A program made the translations under genes and the position numbers. Shown here in pieces: positions 24,791 to 35,654 of a DNA stretch of 64,000 bases. The notes under the pieces were generated by a model that was not told the DNA's origin, searched no databases, and saw only the letters and a list, made by a program, of their open reading frames with translations. Source of the stretch: Mobula hypostoma (taxonomy: Eukaryota); assembly GCF_963921235.1 (NCBI RefSeq), contig NC_086109.1, positions 310,001 to 374,000 of the forward strand. Direction: 5' to 3'. Each line of letters begins with the position of its first letter. Within the stretch, counting starts at the first letter, position 1.

Positions 24791-27700
24791 AGGATTGTGT
24801 CAGTCTCACAGTGAGGATTGTGTCTGCATCATCTGCATCATAGTGAGCATTGTGTCAGTATCACAGTGAGGAATGTGTCAGTCTCACTCTGAGGGGAGTG
24901 TCAGTCTTACAGTGAGGATTGTGTCAGTCTCACAGTGAGGGGAGTGTCAGTCTCACACTGAGGATTGTGTCAGTATCACAGTGAGGATTGTGTCAGTCTC
25001 ACAGTGAGGATTTTGTCAGTATCACAGTGAGGATTGCGTCAGTATCACAGTGAGGATTGTATCAGTATCACAGTGAGGGGTGTGTCAGTCTCACAGTGAG
25101 GGGTGTGTCAGTCTCACAGCGAGGATTGTGTCAGTCTCACAGCGAGGGTTTTATCAGTATCACAGTGAGGGATGTGACAGTATCACAGTGAGGATTGTGT
25201 CAGTCTCAAAGTGAGGATTGTGTCAGTCTCAGTGAGGGGTGTGTCAGTCTCACAGTGAGGATTGTGTCTGCATCATAGTGAGCATTGTGTCAGTATCACA
25301 GTGAGGATTGCGTCAGTATCACAGTGAGGAATGTGTCAGTCTCACAGTGAGGGGATTTTCAGTCTCACAGTGAGGATTGTGTCAGTATCACAGTGAGGAT
25401 TGTGTCAGTCTCACTGTGAGGGGATTGTCAGTCTCACAGTGAGGATTGTGTCAGCATCACAGTGAGGATTGTGTCAGTCTCACAGTGAGGATTGTGTCAG
25501 TCTCACAGTGAGGATTGTGTCAGTCTCACAGTGAGGATTGTGTCAGTCTCACAGTGAGGATTGTGTCAGTCTCACAGTGAGGATTGTGTCAGTCTCACAG
25601 TGAGGGATGTGTCAGTCTCACAGTGAGGATTGTGTCAGTCTCACAGTGAGGATTGTGTCAGTATCACAGTGAGGATTGTGTCAGTCTCACAGTGAGGATT
25701 TTGTCAGTATGACAGTGAGGATTGTGTCAGTATCACAGTGAGGGGAGTGTCAGTCTCACAGTGAGGGATGTGTCAGTCTCACAGTGAGGATTGTGTCAGT
25801 CTCACAGTGAGGATTTTGTCAGTATCACAGTGAGGATTGTGTCAGTATCACAGTGACGGGTGTATCAGTATCACAGTGAGGGGTGTGTCAGTCTCACAGT
25901 GAGGGGTGTGTCAGTATGACAGTGAGGATTGTGTCAGTCTCACAGTGAGGGGAGTGTCAGTCTCACAGTGAGGGATGTGTCAGTCTCACAGTGAGGATTG
26001 TGTCAATCTCACAGTAAGGGATGTGTCAGTCTCACAGTGAGGATTGTGTCAGTCTCACAGTGAGGATTGTGTCAGTATCACAGTGAGGGGTGTGTCAGTA
26101 TCACAGTGAGGATTGTGTCAGTCTCACAGTGAGGATTGCGTCAGTCTCACAGTGAGGATTGTGTCAGTCTCACAGTGAGGATTTTGTCAGTATGACAGTG
26201 AGGATTGTGTCAGTATCACAGTGAGGGATGTGTCAGTCTCACAGTGAGGATTGTGTCAGTCTCACAGTGAGGATTGTGTCAGTCTCACAGTGAGGGATGT
26301 GTCATTCTCACAGTGAGGATTGTGTCAGTCTCACAGTGAGGATTTTGTCAGTATGACAGTGAGGATTGTGTCAGTATCACAGTGAGGATTGTGTCAGTCT
26401 CACAGTGAGGGGTGTGTCAGTCTCACAGTGAGGGATGTGTCAGTCTCACAGTGAGGATTGTGTCAGTCTCACAGTGAGGATTTTGTCAGTATCACAGTGA
26501 GGATTGTGTCAGTATCACAGTGAGGGGTGTGTCAGTATCACAGTGAGGATTGCGTCAGTCTCACAGTGAGGATTGCGTCAGTCTCACAGTGAGGATTGTG
26601 TCAGTCTCACAGTGAGGATTGCGTCAGTCTCACAGTGAGGATTGTGTCAGTCTCACAGTGAGGGATTGTGTCAGTCTCACAGTGAGGATTGTGTCAGTCT
26701 CACAGTGAGGGATGTGTCAGTCTCACAGTGAGGATTGTGTCAGTCTCACAGTGAGGGGTGTGTCAGCCTCACAGTGAGGATTGTGTCAGACTCACAGTGA
26801 GGGATTGTGTCAGTCTCACAGTGAGGGGTGTATCAGTATCACAGTGAGGGCTGTGTCAGTATCACATTGAGGATTGTGTCAGTCTCACAGTGAGAATTGT
26901 GTCAGTCTCACAGTGAGGGGTGTGTCAGTCTCACAGTCAGGATTGTGTCTGCATCATAGTGAGCATTATGTCAGTATCACTGTGAGGATTGTGTCAGTCT
27001 CACAGTGAGGATTGTGTCAGTCTCACAGTGAGGGATGTGTCAGTCTCACAGTGAGGGTTGTGTCAGTCTCACAGTGAGGATTGTGTCAGTATCACAGTGA
27101 GGGGTCTGTCAGTATCACAGTGAGTATTGTGTCAGTCTCACGGTGAGGGATGTGTCAGTCTCACAGTGAGGATTGCGTCAGTCTCACAGTGAGGATTGTG
27201 TCAGTCTCACAGTGAGGATTGTGTCAGTCTCACAGTGAGGGATGTGTCAGTCTAACAGTGAGGATTGTGTCAGTCTCACAGTGAGGATTGCGTCAGTCTC
27301 ACAGTGAGGATTGTGTCAGTCTTACAGTGAGGATTGCGTCAGTCTCACAGTCAAGGATGTGTCAGTCTCAGTGAGGATTGTGTCAGTCTCACAGTGAGGA
27401 ATGTGTCAGTCTCACAGTGAGGATTGTGTCAGTCTCACAGTGAGGATTGTGTCAGTCTCACAGTGAGGATTGTGTCAGTCTCACAGTGAGGGATGTGTCA
27501 GTCTAACAGTGAGGATTGTGTCAGTCTCACAGTGAGGATTGCGTCAGTCTCACAGTGAGGATTGTGTCAGTCTCACAGTGAGGATTGCGTCAGTCTCACA
27601 GTCAAGGATGTGTCAGTCTCAGTGAGGATTGTGTCAGTCTCACAGTGAGGAATGTGTCAGTCTCACAGTGAGGATTGTGTCAGTCTCACAGTGAGGATTG

Positions 27701-28592
27701 TGTCAGTCTCACAGTGAGGATTGCGTCAGCCTCACAGTGAGAGGTGTGTCAGCCTTCACAGTAAGGGGACTGTCAGACTCACAGAGAGGATTGTGTCAGT
27801 CTCACAGTGAGGGGTGTGTCAGTATCACAGTGAGGATTGTGTCAGTCTCACAGTGAGGATTGTGTCAGTCTCACAGTGAGGGGTGTGTCAGTCTCACAGT
27901 GAGGATTGTGTCTGCATCATAGTGAGCAGTGTGTCAGTATCACAGTGAGGATTGTGTCAGTATCACAGTGAGGAATGTGTCAGTCTCACAGTGAGGGGAG
28001 TGTCAGTCTCACAGTGAGGGGAGTGGCAGTCTCACGGTGAGGATTGTGTCAGTATCACAGTGAGGATTGTGTCAGTCTCACAGTGAGGATTTTGTCAGTA
28101 TCACAGTGAGGATTGTGTCAGTATCACAGTGAGGGGTGTGTCAGTATCACAGTGAGGATTGTAGCAGTCTCACAGTGAGGGGTGTGTCAGTCTCACAGTG
28201 AGGGGTGTGTCAGTCTCACAGCGAGGATTGTGTCAGTCTCACAGCGAGGGTTGTGCCAGTATCACAGTGAGGGGTGCGTCTGTATCACAGCGTGGGGTGC
28301 GTCAGTATCACAGCCAGCGGTGCGTCAGTCTCACAGTGAGGGGTGTGTCAGTCTCACAGTGTGGGGTGTGTCAGTCTCACAGTGAGGATTGTGTCAGTCT
28401 CACAGTGACGGGTGTGTCAGTCTCACAGTGAGGGGTGTGTCAGTCTCACAGTGTGGGGTGTGTCAGTCTCACAGTGAGGGTTGTGTCAGTCTCACAGTGA
28501 GGGGTGTGTCAGACTCACTGTTAGGATTGTGTCAGTCTCACAGTGAGAATTGTGTCAGTCTGACAGTGAGCAATGGCGTCAGTTTCACAGTG
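24787..28592 (+). repeat. Satellite B (right part), 23-bp unit
   Basis: The same monomer resumes after the CR1 and degenerates toward 28590. Confidence 0.98.
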
Positions 28593-28840
28593 TTTGTTGC
28601 TTGCTGTATTAATCTGTGGCATGTTTGCATTAGAGTGCTGCTTTAACTGGGCCCCAGTGATTACTAATTGAACTTGGCTGAGACTGTATCCTGATGGCTC
28701 TGCTGTGCTTGCGTGTTATCTGCTGTGTCTCTGGCCAATGTTGTGTGCTGTTTCCAGTTTCACTTGGCTTTCACTGACTCCCCAGTGCTTTTGGCGGTTC
28801 TGCTGCTCGACTGTGTTGACCGACACTACTGCCGTCCACC

Positions 28841-29146
28841 ATGCTGCCCCTGGCACTGCTGACTGTCCTGTCAAGCTGGAGTCTTGCTGTGCATGGTGAT
28901 GTGGTGTCTCGTTTCCATGACCTGCCTTCCTGCCTGGAGTTCTTCTACCGTGCCTCACCCCCCTTGGGCTTTGTGGCGGTGTCCCAGGTGCACATCTGCC
29001 AGCGGCTGTCAGGAACTGTGTACTACGCTACGCTGTTTGACCCCGCTGGACGCCTGCCCATCTATTCTGCCTTCATCTACAAGTATCGGAAATCCGACGT
29101 CGCCCGAGGGAAAGGTGTTCATCGCGTCTGGAAGTACGAGCCCCAG
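28841..29146 (+). CDS. ENDOD1-like: ENDOD1-family (endonuclease domain-containing 1-like) coding exon 1
   Basis: Kozak ccaccATG; signal-peptide-like MLPLALLTVLSSWSLAVHG; C..FFY...PP, ICQR...YYATLFD...RLPIYSAF and WKYEPQ motifs; donor CAG|GTGAGT, phase 0, 102 codons. Confidence 0.9.
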
Positions 29147-29584
29147 GTGAGTGGGCTGGGGGTCCCAGCTTGGGCTGTGTTTCAGATTTGTTCTCCCCAA
29201 CCCTGATGGCTACCCAATCCAGCCACCCTGGCTTGGGCACCATTTGTAAATGTATTTCACTCTGGGTGTCCCGCCCAGACCTCAGAGGGCAACACCAGTA
29301 CAAGGCAATGCTTTGGGTATTTGCCCTCAGTGTCTGATTCTATTCCCGCACCCCCATCGTCCCCCCCCCCAAGTGCGAGCCCTGTCACCAATGTAAACAT
29401 GTCATGCAGTGGTTGCTCTGTGCGCTTGGCACTGGTGATTGGGGTCATGCATTCAGGAGTTGCCTGTTTTATTCCCCATTGTCTCTCCTGTCCCTACCCC
29501 TGCCCATTTCAGTCACCAATGGAAATCCCATGTAAACATGTCACAGTGCAGCTGCTCTGCCCGGCCCTCAGAGGGCGCCACTGC

Positions 29585-29790
29585 GACATGAGGCCAGTTC
29601 ATTGGCTATATTTCAGAGGGAGTTAGATATGGCCCTTGTGGCTACGGGGGTCAGGGGGTATGGAGGGAAGGCTGGGGCGGGGTTCTGAGTTGGATGATCA
29701 GCCATGATCATACTGAATGGCGGTGCAGGCTCGAAGGGCCGAATGGCCTACTCCTGTACCTATTTTCTATGTTTCTATGACATGAGGCCA
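29585..29790 (+). mobile_element. Short CR1 3'-end insertion with 12-bp target-site duplication in the ENDOD1-like intron
   Basis: GACATGAGGCCA at 29585-29596 and 29779-29790; the interior closely matches the 3' end of the CR1 at 23357-23530. Confidence 0.9.
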
Positions 29791-29908
29791 TGCCTTCAGA
29801 TGGCCAGCCTCAATGGCCGGGTCTCCTCTCCATCAGCATCGCCCATCCTGTGTGAGCGGGGCGGGTAGTCCGTCTACTCATGGCTGCTTCCCTCCCCCCT
29901 CCCCACAG

Positions 29909-30490
29909 CTGGCCGAGCCCCAGGCCGACGGGAACATGACGGAGATTGGGCCAGCGGCCCTGTCGGATAACGCCGTGCGTCGGAGCCAGGCGGTGGGGGG
30001 CAAGTTCCCGGCTCGCCCTCCGAAGGGCGACGGTCCGCCCCACGTCCGGGTGATGCTGAACCCCGCCAACCTGCAGGGCAGCTGGGCGAGCCGGAGCGCC
30101 GCCTACACCGTCACCAACGCCGTGGCCGTGCCGCGCCCCTTCTACCACAAGCAATGGAAGCCGGGCCTCAAGGACGTGCTGAGCCGCATCCGGCAGGAGT
30201 GTCGCCAGTCCGCCGCTTACTTGGTGTCAGGCGCCGTGCGGGGACGCCGGAGCCGGGAGACCTGGGTGCCGCCCGTTGGCAAGGGCAGGGCGGCCAGCCC
30301 CCATCTGCTCTGGCTGACCTACTGCTGCAGCAACGGGGTGAGCGGCGCCCTCCTGGCGCAAACCCCCAACGCTGGCCAGCCCGCTGCCTCCCACCGGTCG
30401 CTCTCCCTGGGCGAGCTGGAGGAGGAACTGGCCTCCCGCCTGGGGCGCAGGCGGATCCGCATCTACCAGGGTGGCTGCAGCCCCCTCTAG
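29909..30490 (+). CDS. ENDOD1-like: ENDOD1-family coding exon 2 (joined protein 295 aa)
   Basis: Acceptor cttccctccccctccccacAG|CTG joins WKYEPQ-LAEPQADGNM in frame; SQAV, LNP, AAYTVTNAV, YLVSGAV and P.LLWLTYCC motifs; TAG ends at 30490. Confidence 0.9.
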   Translation: MAEPQADGNMTEIGPAALSDNAVRRSQAVGGKFPARPPKGDGPPHVRVMLNPANLQGSWASRSAAYTVTNAVAVPRPFYHKQWKPGLKDVLSRIRQECRQSAAYLVSGAVRGRRSRETWVPPVGKGRAASPHLLWLTYCCSNGVSGALLAQTPNAGQPAASHRSLSLGELEEELASRLGRRRIRIYQGGCSPL

Positions 30491-30556
30491 ACCAGGGGAA
30501 GGCTGCAGGCTGGAGGCTGAGAACTCGTCTCTTCCCGCAAGCGCTCATTACCTTTA

Positions 30557-30562
30557 AATAAA
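30557..30562 (+). promoter_or_regulatory. Polyadenylation signal of the ENDOD1-like gene
   Basis: AATAAA 67 nt after the stop, followed by GT/T-rich sequence. Confidence 0.7.
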
Positions 30563-30756
30563 GCATGAAACCTCAATGGCGACTGGTGTGTTATTGAACC
30601 TCAAAGACTTTCTCCCTTTCTCCTTCCGTCTCTACTACTGATTCGCATCTTCATTCCGCCGTTGTATCTGCCTTTCCCGTTTCTCTCTTTCTGAATCTCA
30701 TGCTTTATCCTTTTTTTCCCGTTTCTCTCATCATTCCCATTCTCCCCGATTCCGCT

Positions 30757-30862
30757 CAACACACAAAATGCTAGAGGAACTCAGCAGGCCAGACAGCATT
30801 AAGGAAAAGAGTAGTCAACGCTCTGCCCGGATTTCCAGCACTGCAGATTTTCTCGTTTGTGA
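30757..30862. mobile_element. Short degenerate Penelope-type remnant
   Basis: acacaaaatgctagaggaactcagcaggcca (reverse match to the 7215-7250 region) joined to ttccagcactgcagattttctcg (forward match to 7261-7290). Confidence 0.55.
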
Positions 30863-30934
30863 TTGCTCTCTCTTTTACTCTTTTTGTATTCCTCTTCTCC
30901 CATATCTCTATATTTCAACAACTCACGTTTCTTT

Positions 30935-31320
30935 CACAGTAATCCCCAATCCCTTCCCCTTCTCCCACTGTAATCCCCAATCTCTTCCCTTCCCCTTCTC
31001 CCACTGCATTCTCCTATCCTTCCCCTTCTTTCACAGTATTCCCCAATCCCTTCCCCTTTTCCCACTGTAATCCTCAATCCCTTCCCCTTCTACTGTATTC
31101 CCCAATCCTTTCCCCTTCTCCCACTGTAATCCCCAATGCCTTCCCCTTCTCCCACTGTAATCCCAAACCTTTCCCTTCTCCCACTGTAGTCCACAATCCC
31201 TTCCCCTTCTCCCACTGTAATCCCCAATCCTTTTCCTTTCTCCCACTGTAATCCCCAATCCCTTCCCCTTCTCCCACTGTAATCCCAAACCTTTCCCTCT
31301 CTCTCCACCTGTAAACCCCA
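30935..31320 (+). repeat. 31-bp C-rich minisatellite cccactgtaatccccaatcccttccccttct
   Basis: About 12 tandem copies; unit starts at 31211 and 31242. Confidence 0.92.
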
Positions 31321-31555
31321 TATCTCTTCCCTTGTTACCGCCTCTGCTCCGCTCACTCTCTCCCGACCACCAGCATCAGCTGAGGGCTGTCTCCATCCAC
31401 CTGCCATGGTCCTTTCTTCCTCTCAAGTGCTCCAGGTGGACAGTACCACACACCCTGTAGAATTCCCACAGCAGCAGCTGGCAAACTGAGTGTTGAGTTG
31501 TTGTCTCCCCACAACACAGGGCTAACAAGTAATTCAAGGCCGAAAATCCGTGGTT

Positions 31556-31561
31556 TTTATT
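31556..31561 (-). promoter_or_regulatory. Candidate poly(A) signal of the IGSF8-like gene (alternative at 31701-31706)
   Basis: tttatt on + reads AATAAA on -, downstream of the inferred terminal exon. Confidence 0.45.
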
Positions 31562-31974
31562 ATAGAGAGTAAGGGTGTGATATTCTTCTGTCAGTCTCTC
31601 AGGATTGATTGATTCTTCCCCTTGTTTCTTTGGATTTTGAGATCAGTGTGGGTCCCTCAGACGGGACAGGAGGTGTATGACTGTTGGGGTCAGTGAGGAG
31701 TTTATTAGCTGGAGATTCCCCCCACTGCTCACACAAGACCACTGCGGACCCCAATCCACAGCTCCAGATTCCCAATCCCAACCCGCTTGAACAGTCGCTG
31801 GGTTTAAAACTGCTGTCTGTGACGTCTGCATGTTTTCGCATACTACTCTGGTGTCCTCCCACATCCCAGAGATATGTACAGTGGGTTAATTTTCAGCTGA
31901 AAACTGTCCCCCAGTGTGTGAGTGAAGGAGAGAATTCTGGGTGGCTGGTGAGAATGTCGGGGGAGAGATTGAGG

Positions 31975-32280
31975 TACTGGGTTACAGAGACAGGGAGGGA
32001 TATATGGGCCAGAGTGTGTTACAATGAAAGGGAGGGATGTAGGGGTCAGTTGGGGTTACAGAGACAGGGAGGGGTGTAGGAGCCAGATGGGTTACAGAGA
32101 CAGGAAGGGGTGTGGGGATTGGAGGGGGTGACAGAGACAGGGAGGGGTGTAGGGGATGGAGGGGGGTACAGAGACATGGAGGGGTGTAGGGGCCGGTGGG
32201 GTTACAGAGACAAGGAGGGGCAGGAAGGTGCTATAGAGACTAGGAGGGTTGTAGGGGTCAAGGCAGTTACAGAGAGCTGG
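31975..32280 (+). repeat. Degenerate G-rich minisatellite (gggttacagagacagggaggggtgtagg-like)
   Basis: About 8 imperfect copies of the ttacagaga core. Confidence 0.7.
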
Positions 32281-33204
32281 GAAGTATGTATGAGCCAATG
32301 GAACAGGAGGGGTGTAATAGGATGGGATATTCCAAAGGACCTTATTTGGTCTCACCCCATCAAGGATCCTCCCTTTGTTCTGTCCATTCCTCCTTCATCT
32401 TCTTTCTAATGTTGACAAACTAAATCGTTCTTTCCTGTTTCCGGCGAAGGGTCTTCAGCCTCTAGTATAAACTTTTTCCCTTTTACCACAGCTGCTGCCC
32501 GACGCACTGAGTACAGGTAGCCTTGTGTTGGGTTTCCAGTTTGGGGGTTTGTAGTGGGTACCGGTGCTCACTGGGATGGGTCCAGGGGTGGCACTGCCAG
32601 ACAGGTAGGGCTCAAGGAGTATTTAGGGTTATCTATACAGCCTCATATTTGGGTTGGTTTGTTCATCAGAGTTGGGGGGGTATTCAGGGTTATGTTGGGG
32701 TTGTGGAGCAAAAGTTGGTGTCAGAGTTGGATTAAGGGGGGCAGGTGGGAAAGGTAATGTGGTGGGGAATTGTGAATGAAGTTGGGTTGGTGTCACAGCC
32801 GGAGAGAGGCTGATGAAGGTTGGGTTGGGTGACAAGGATTGGGTAGGTGGTTTTGAGGGTTGGAAAGATGTTAAGGATTGTGTTGGTATCAGGTTGGAGA
32901 TGGGATGTTGATGGTAGGGCTGGTGTCACTGTTGCAAAGGTGGTGACGACGGCAGGTGGGGAGACATTTTTGGGGAGGATAACAAGTGTCGGGTTGGTGT
33001 CAATGTTGGAGAGGTGGTGACAAGGATTATGTTGAGAGAGTTTTGGGAAGGGTTTTGAGGGTTGGGTTGGGAGTCAGTGTTGGCGAGGAGTATCACGGGT
33101 TGGTTTGGAGCCAGGCTTGGAGATGGGATGTTGAAGAATGAGTTGGTGTCAGGGTTGGAGATGAGGTATTGAGGGTTGTAATGGGAGTTGGAGTTCGGGA
33201 AGGA

Positions 33205-34370
33205 ATGCGAGGATTGTATTGGGAGTCAGTGTTGGGGAGGGGTGACAAGGATTGTACAGGGAGTCAGTGTTGGGGTGGTGAGAAGGATTGTATTGAGAGT
33301 CAGTATTGGGGAGGTGAGAAGGATTGTATTGGAAGTCAGTGTTGGGGAGGGTGACAGGGATTGTATTGGGAGTCAGTGTTGGGGAGGGTGACAAGGATTG
33401 TATTGGGAGTCAGTGTTGGGGAGGTGAGAAGGATTGTATTGGGAGTCAGTGTTGGGGAGGGTGAGAAGGATTGTATTGGGAGTCAGTGTTGGGGAGGTGA
33501 GAAGGATTGTATTGGGGAGGTGAGAAGGATTGTATTGGGGAGGTGAGAAGGATTGTATTGGGAGTCAGTGCTGGGGAGGTGAGAAGGATTGTATTGGGAG
33601 TCAGTGTTGGGGAGGTGAGAAGGATTGTATTGGGAGTCAGTGTTGGGGAAGGTGACAGGGATTATATTGGGAGTCAGTGTTGGGGAGGTGAGAAGGATTG
33701 TATTGGGAGTCAGTGTTGGGGAGGTGAGAAGGATTTTATTGGGAGTCAGTGTTGGGGAGGTGAGAAGGATTGTATTGGGAGTCAGTGTTGGGGAGGGTGA
33801 TGGATTGTATTGGGAGTCAGTGTTGGGGAGGGTGAGAAGGATTGTATTGAGAGTCAGTGTTGGGGAGCGTGACGAGGATTGTATTGGGAGTCAGTGTTGG
33901 GGAGGTGACAAGGATTGTATTGGAAGTCAGTGTTGGGGAAGGTGACAGGGATTATATTGGGAGTCAGTGTTGGGGAGGTGAGAAGGATTGTATTGGGAGT
34001 CAGTGTTGGGGAGGGTGACAGGGATTGTATTGGGAGTCAGTGTTGGGGAGGTGAGAAGGATTGTATTGGGAGTCAGTATTGGGGAGGTGACAAGGATTGT
34101 ATTGGGAGTCAGTGTTGGGGAAGGTGACACGGATTGTATTCCGAGTCAGTGTTGGGGAGGGTAAGAAGGATTGTATTCCGAGTCAGTGTTGGGGAGGGTG
34201 ACAAGGATTGTATTGGGAGTCAGTATTGGGGAGGTGAGAAGGATTGTATTGGGAGTCAGTGTTGGGGAGGTGAGAAGGATTGTATTGGGAGTCAGTGTTG
34301 GGGAGGTGAGAAGGATTGTATTGGGAGTCAGTGTTGGGGAGTGGAGAAGGATTATGGGGAGGGGTGACAA
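33205..34370 (+). repeat. 36/37-bp minisatellite ggattgtattgggagtcagtgttggggaggtgagaa
   Basis: About 30 tandem copies (for example at 33695 and 33731), with more degenerate related sequence upstream from ~32660. Confidence 0.95.
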
Positions 34371-34489
34371 GTGTTAGGTCAGGATGAACAATGAGATGTA
34401 ACTGCTGGAAGAAGACAGCTGGATTAACGGGCTGGGAGTCAACATTGCATTGGGCGTATTGTATCTTCAGTTGACCCACGTCATGGGCG

Positions 34490-34493
34490 TCAC
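34490..34493 (-). CDS. IGSF8: IGSF8-like probable terminal exon: coding part G+TGA, then 3'UTR toward ~31540
   Basis: Strong acceptor ctctgaccttcccatgccttcttccacAG|GTGA; it completes AA|G TGA (Lys-stop) from the donor at 38451/38450. Confidence 0.6.
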
Positions 34494-34739
34494 CTGTGGA
34501 AGAAGGCATGGGAAGGTCAGAGCTGATGAAAGCATTCTGTCCCCACTCCCCGCCCCCAATGCCTTGGGAAGGAATTGCCACTGGGGGCTTTCTGTGCCCA
34601 GTTGAGGTTTCAGACCCCAAGGCCTGTGTGTATGGCAGTAATTAATATGGACACGAGGAGGGCTGGGGGAAATGTTCCTTCACACATACTTGTGAATCAT
34701 AGAGATTCTGCAATCTTCTTTGGTGTCAGAAAATGACTG

Positions 34740-35100
34740 GAGAAGACACTTCAGTGTAGAATATGCTCACATTTGGAAAAGCAGAATTTATCAGGCACAG
34801 TAGCATGGATTTGTGTGGGGGAGGTCACACCTCAGATTCAGACTGTTTTCTGAGGTGGTGACGAAGGTAATCAATGAGGTAAAGCAATGAATCTTGTTGC
34901 CATGGACTTTAGTTAGTCACTTGACAGGGGCCCTCATGGGAGGCTGATCCAGAAGATTAGGGTTCAGGCACTCCATGGTGAGTTGGTAGTTTGGATTCAA
35001 ATTGTTTGGCTGTAGAAGGTGACAGAGGGACATTATTTTAGCTGGAGGTTTGTGACCACCGGTATTCAATAGGAATCGGTGTTTGTGACATATGCTGTAT
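34740..35100 (+). mobile_element. Degenerate CR1 RT fragment
   Basis: HGFV.GRS, MDFS and PHGRL-like codons. Confidence 0.7.
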
Positions 35101-35108
35101 ATTATATA

Positions 35109-35650
35109 TACACGGTGGCCACTTTACTATGTTCCTCCTGCACCTCAAAGTGGGCACTGAGTGTATGTTCATGGTCTTCTGCTCCTGTAGCCCATCCACT
35201 TCAAGGCTGTGTATTCAGAGATGCTCTTCTGCTCATCACTGTTTAATCATGGTTATTTGAGTGACGATCACCTTCCTGTCAGCTTGAACCAGTCTGGCCA
35301 TTTTCCTTTGACCTCTCTCATTCACAAGGCATTTTCACTCACAAGACTGACACTCACTGGAGATTTTTTTGTTTCTCACACCATTCTCTGTCAACTCCAG
35401 AGACTGTTGTGTGTAAAAATCCAGGAGATGAACAGTTTGAGCTACTCAAACCACTCCGTTTGACACCAACAATTATTCCAGTCCAAGTCACTGAGATCAC
35501 ATTTCTTCCCCATTCTGATGTTTAGTGTAAACAACAACTGAACCTCTTGACCATGTCTTTATGCTTTTAAGCATTGAGCTGCTGCTACACAGAAATTTGT
35601 ATTAATCATTAGGTGTACAGGCATACCTGATAAAGTGGGCACTGAATATA
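35109..35650. mobile_element. Tc1/mariner-type MITE
   Basis: Imperfect TIRs tacacggtggccactttactatg...cctgcacct / aggtgtacagg...cctgataaagtgggcactgaatata with TA-rich flanks; no transposase ORF. Confidence 0.7.
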
Positions 35651-35654
35651 CGTC

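Noticed and set aside
23448..24809. 453-aa ORF as a host or domesticated RT gene
   Set aside because: Its start lies in satellite sequence; it lacks the endonuclease and promoter and has an ordinary CR1 3' tail.
12896..28592. CRISPR-like or true RSS/antigen-receptor array
   Set aside because: Head-to-tail monomers without unique spacers, no cas genes, no nonamers and no V/D/J segments.
29813..29908. N-terminal 32 codons of the 225-aa ORF as the real start
   Set aside because: Intronic; the acceptor at 29908 joins exon 1 in frame and restores the WKYEPQLA motif.
33149..34620. ORFs over the 36-bp minisatellite
   Set aside because: The unit length is a multiple of 3, which produces periodic pseudo-peptides on both strands.
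34560..34626. Alternative acceptor (cacacAG at 34625-24, minus) extending the IGSF8 tail
   Set aside because: Weak pyrimidine tract compared with the 34494 acceptor, and it would add a tail unlike EWI-2.
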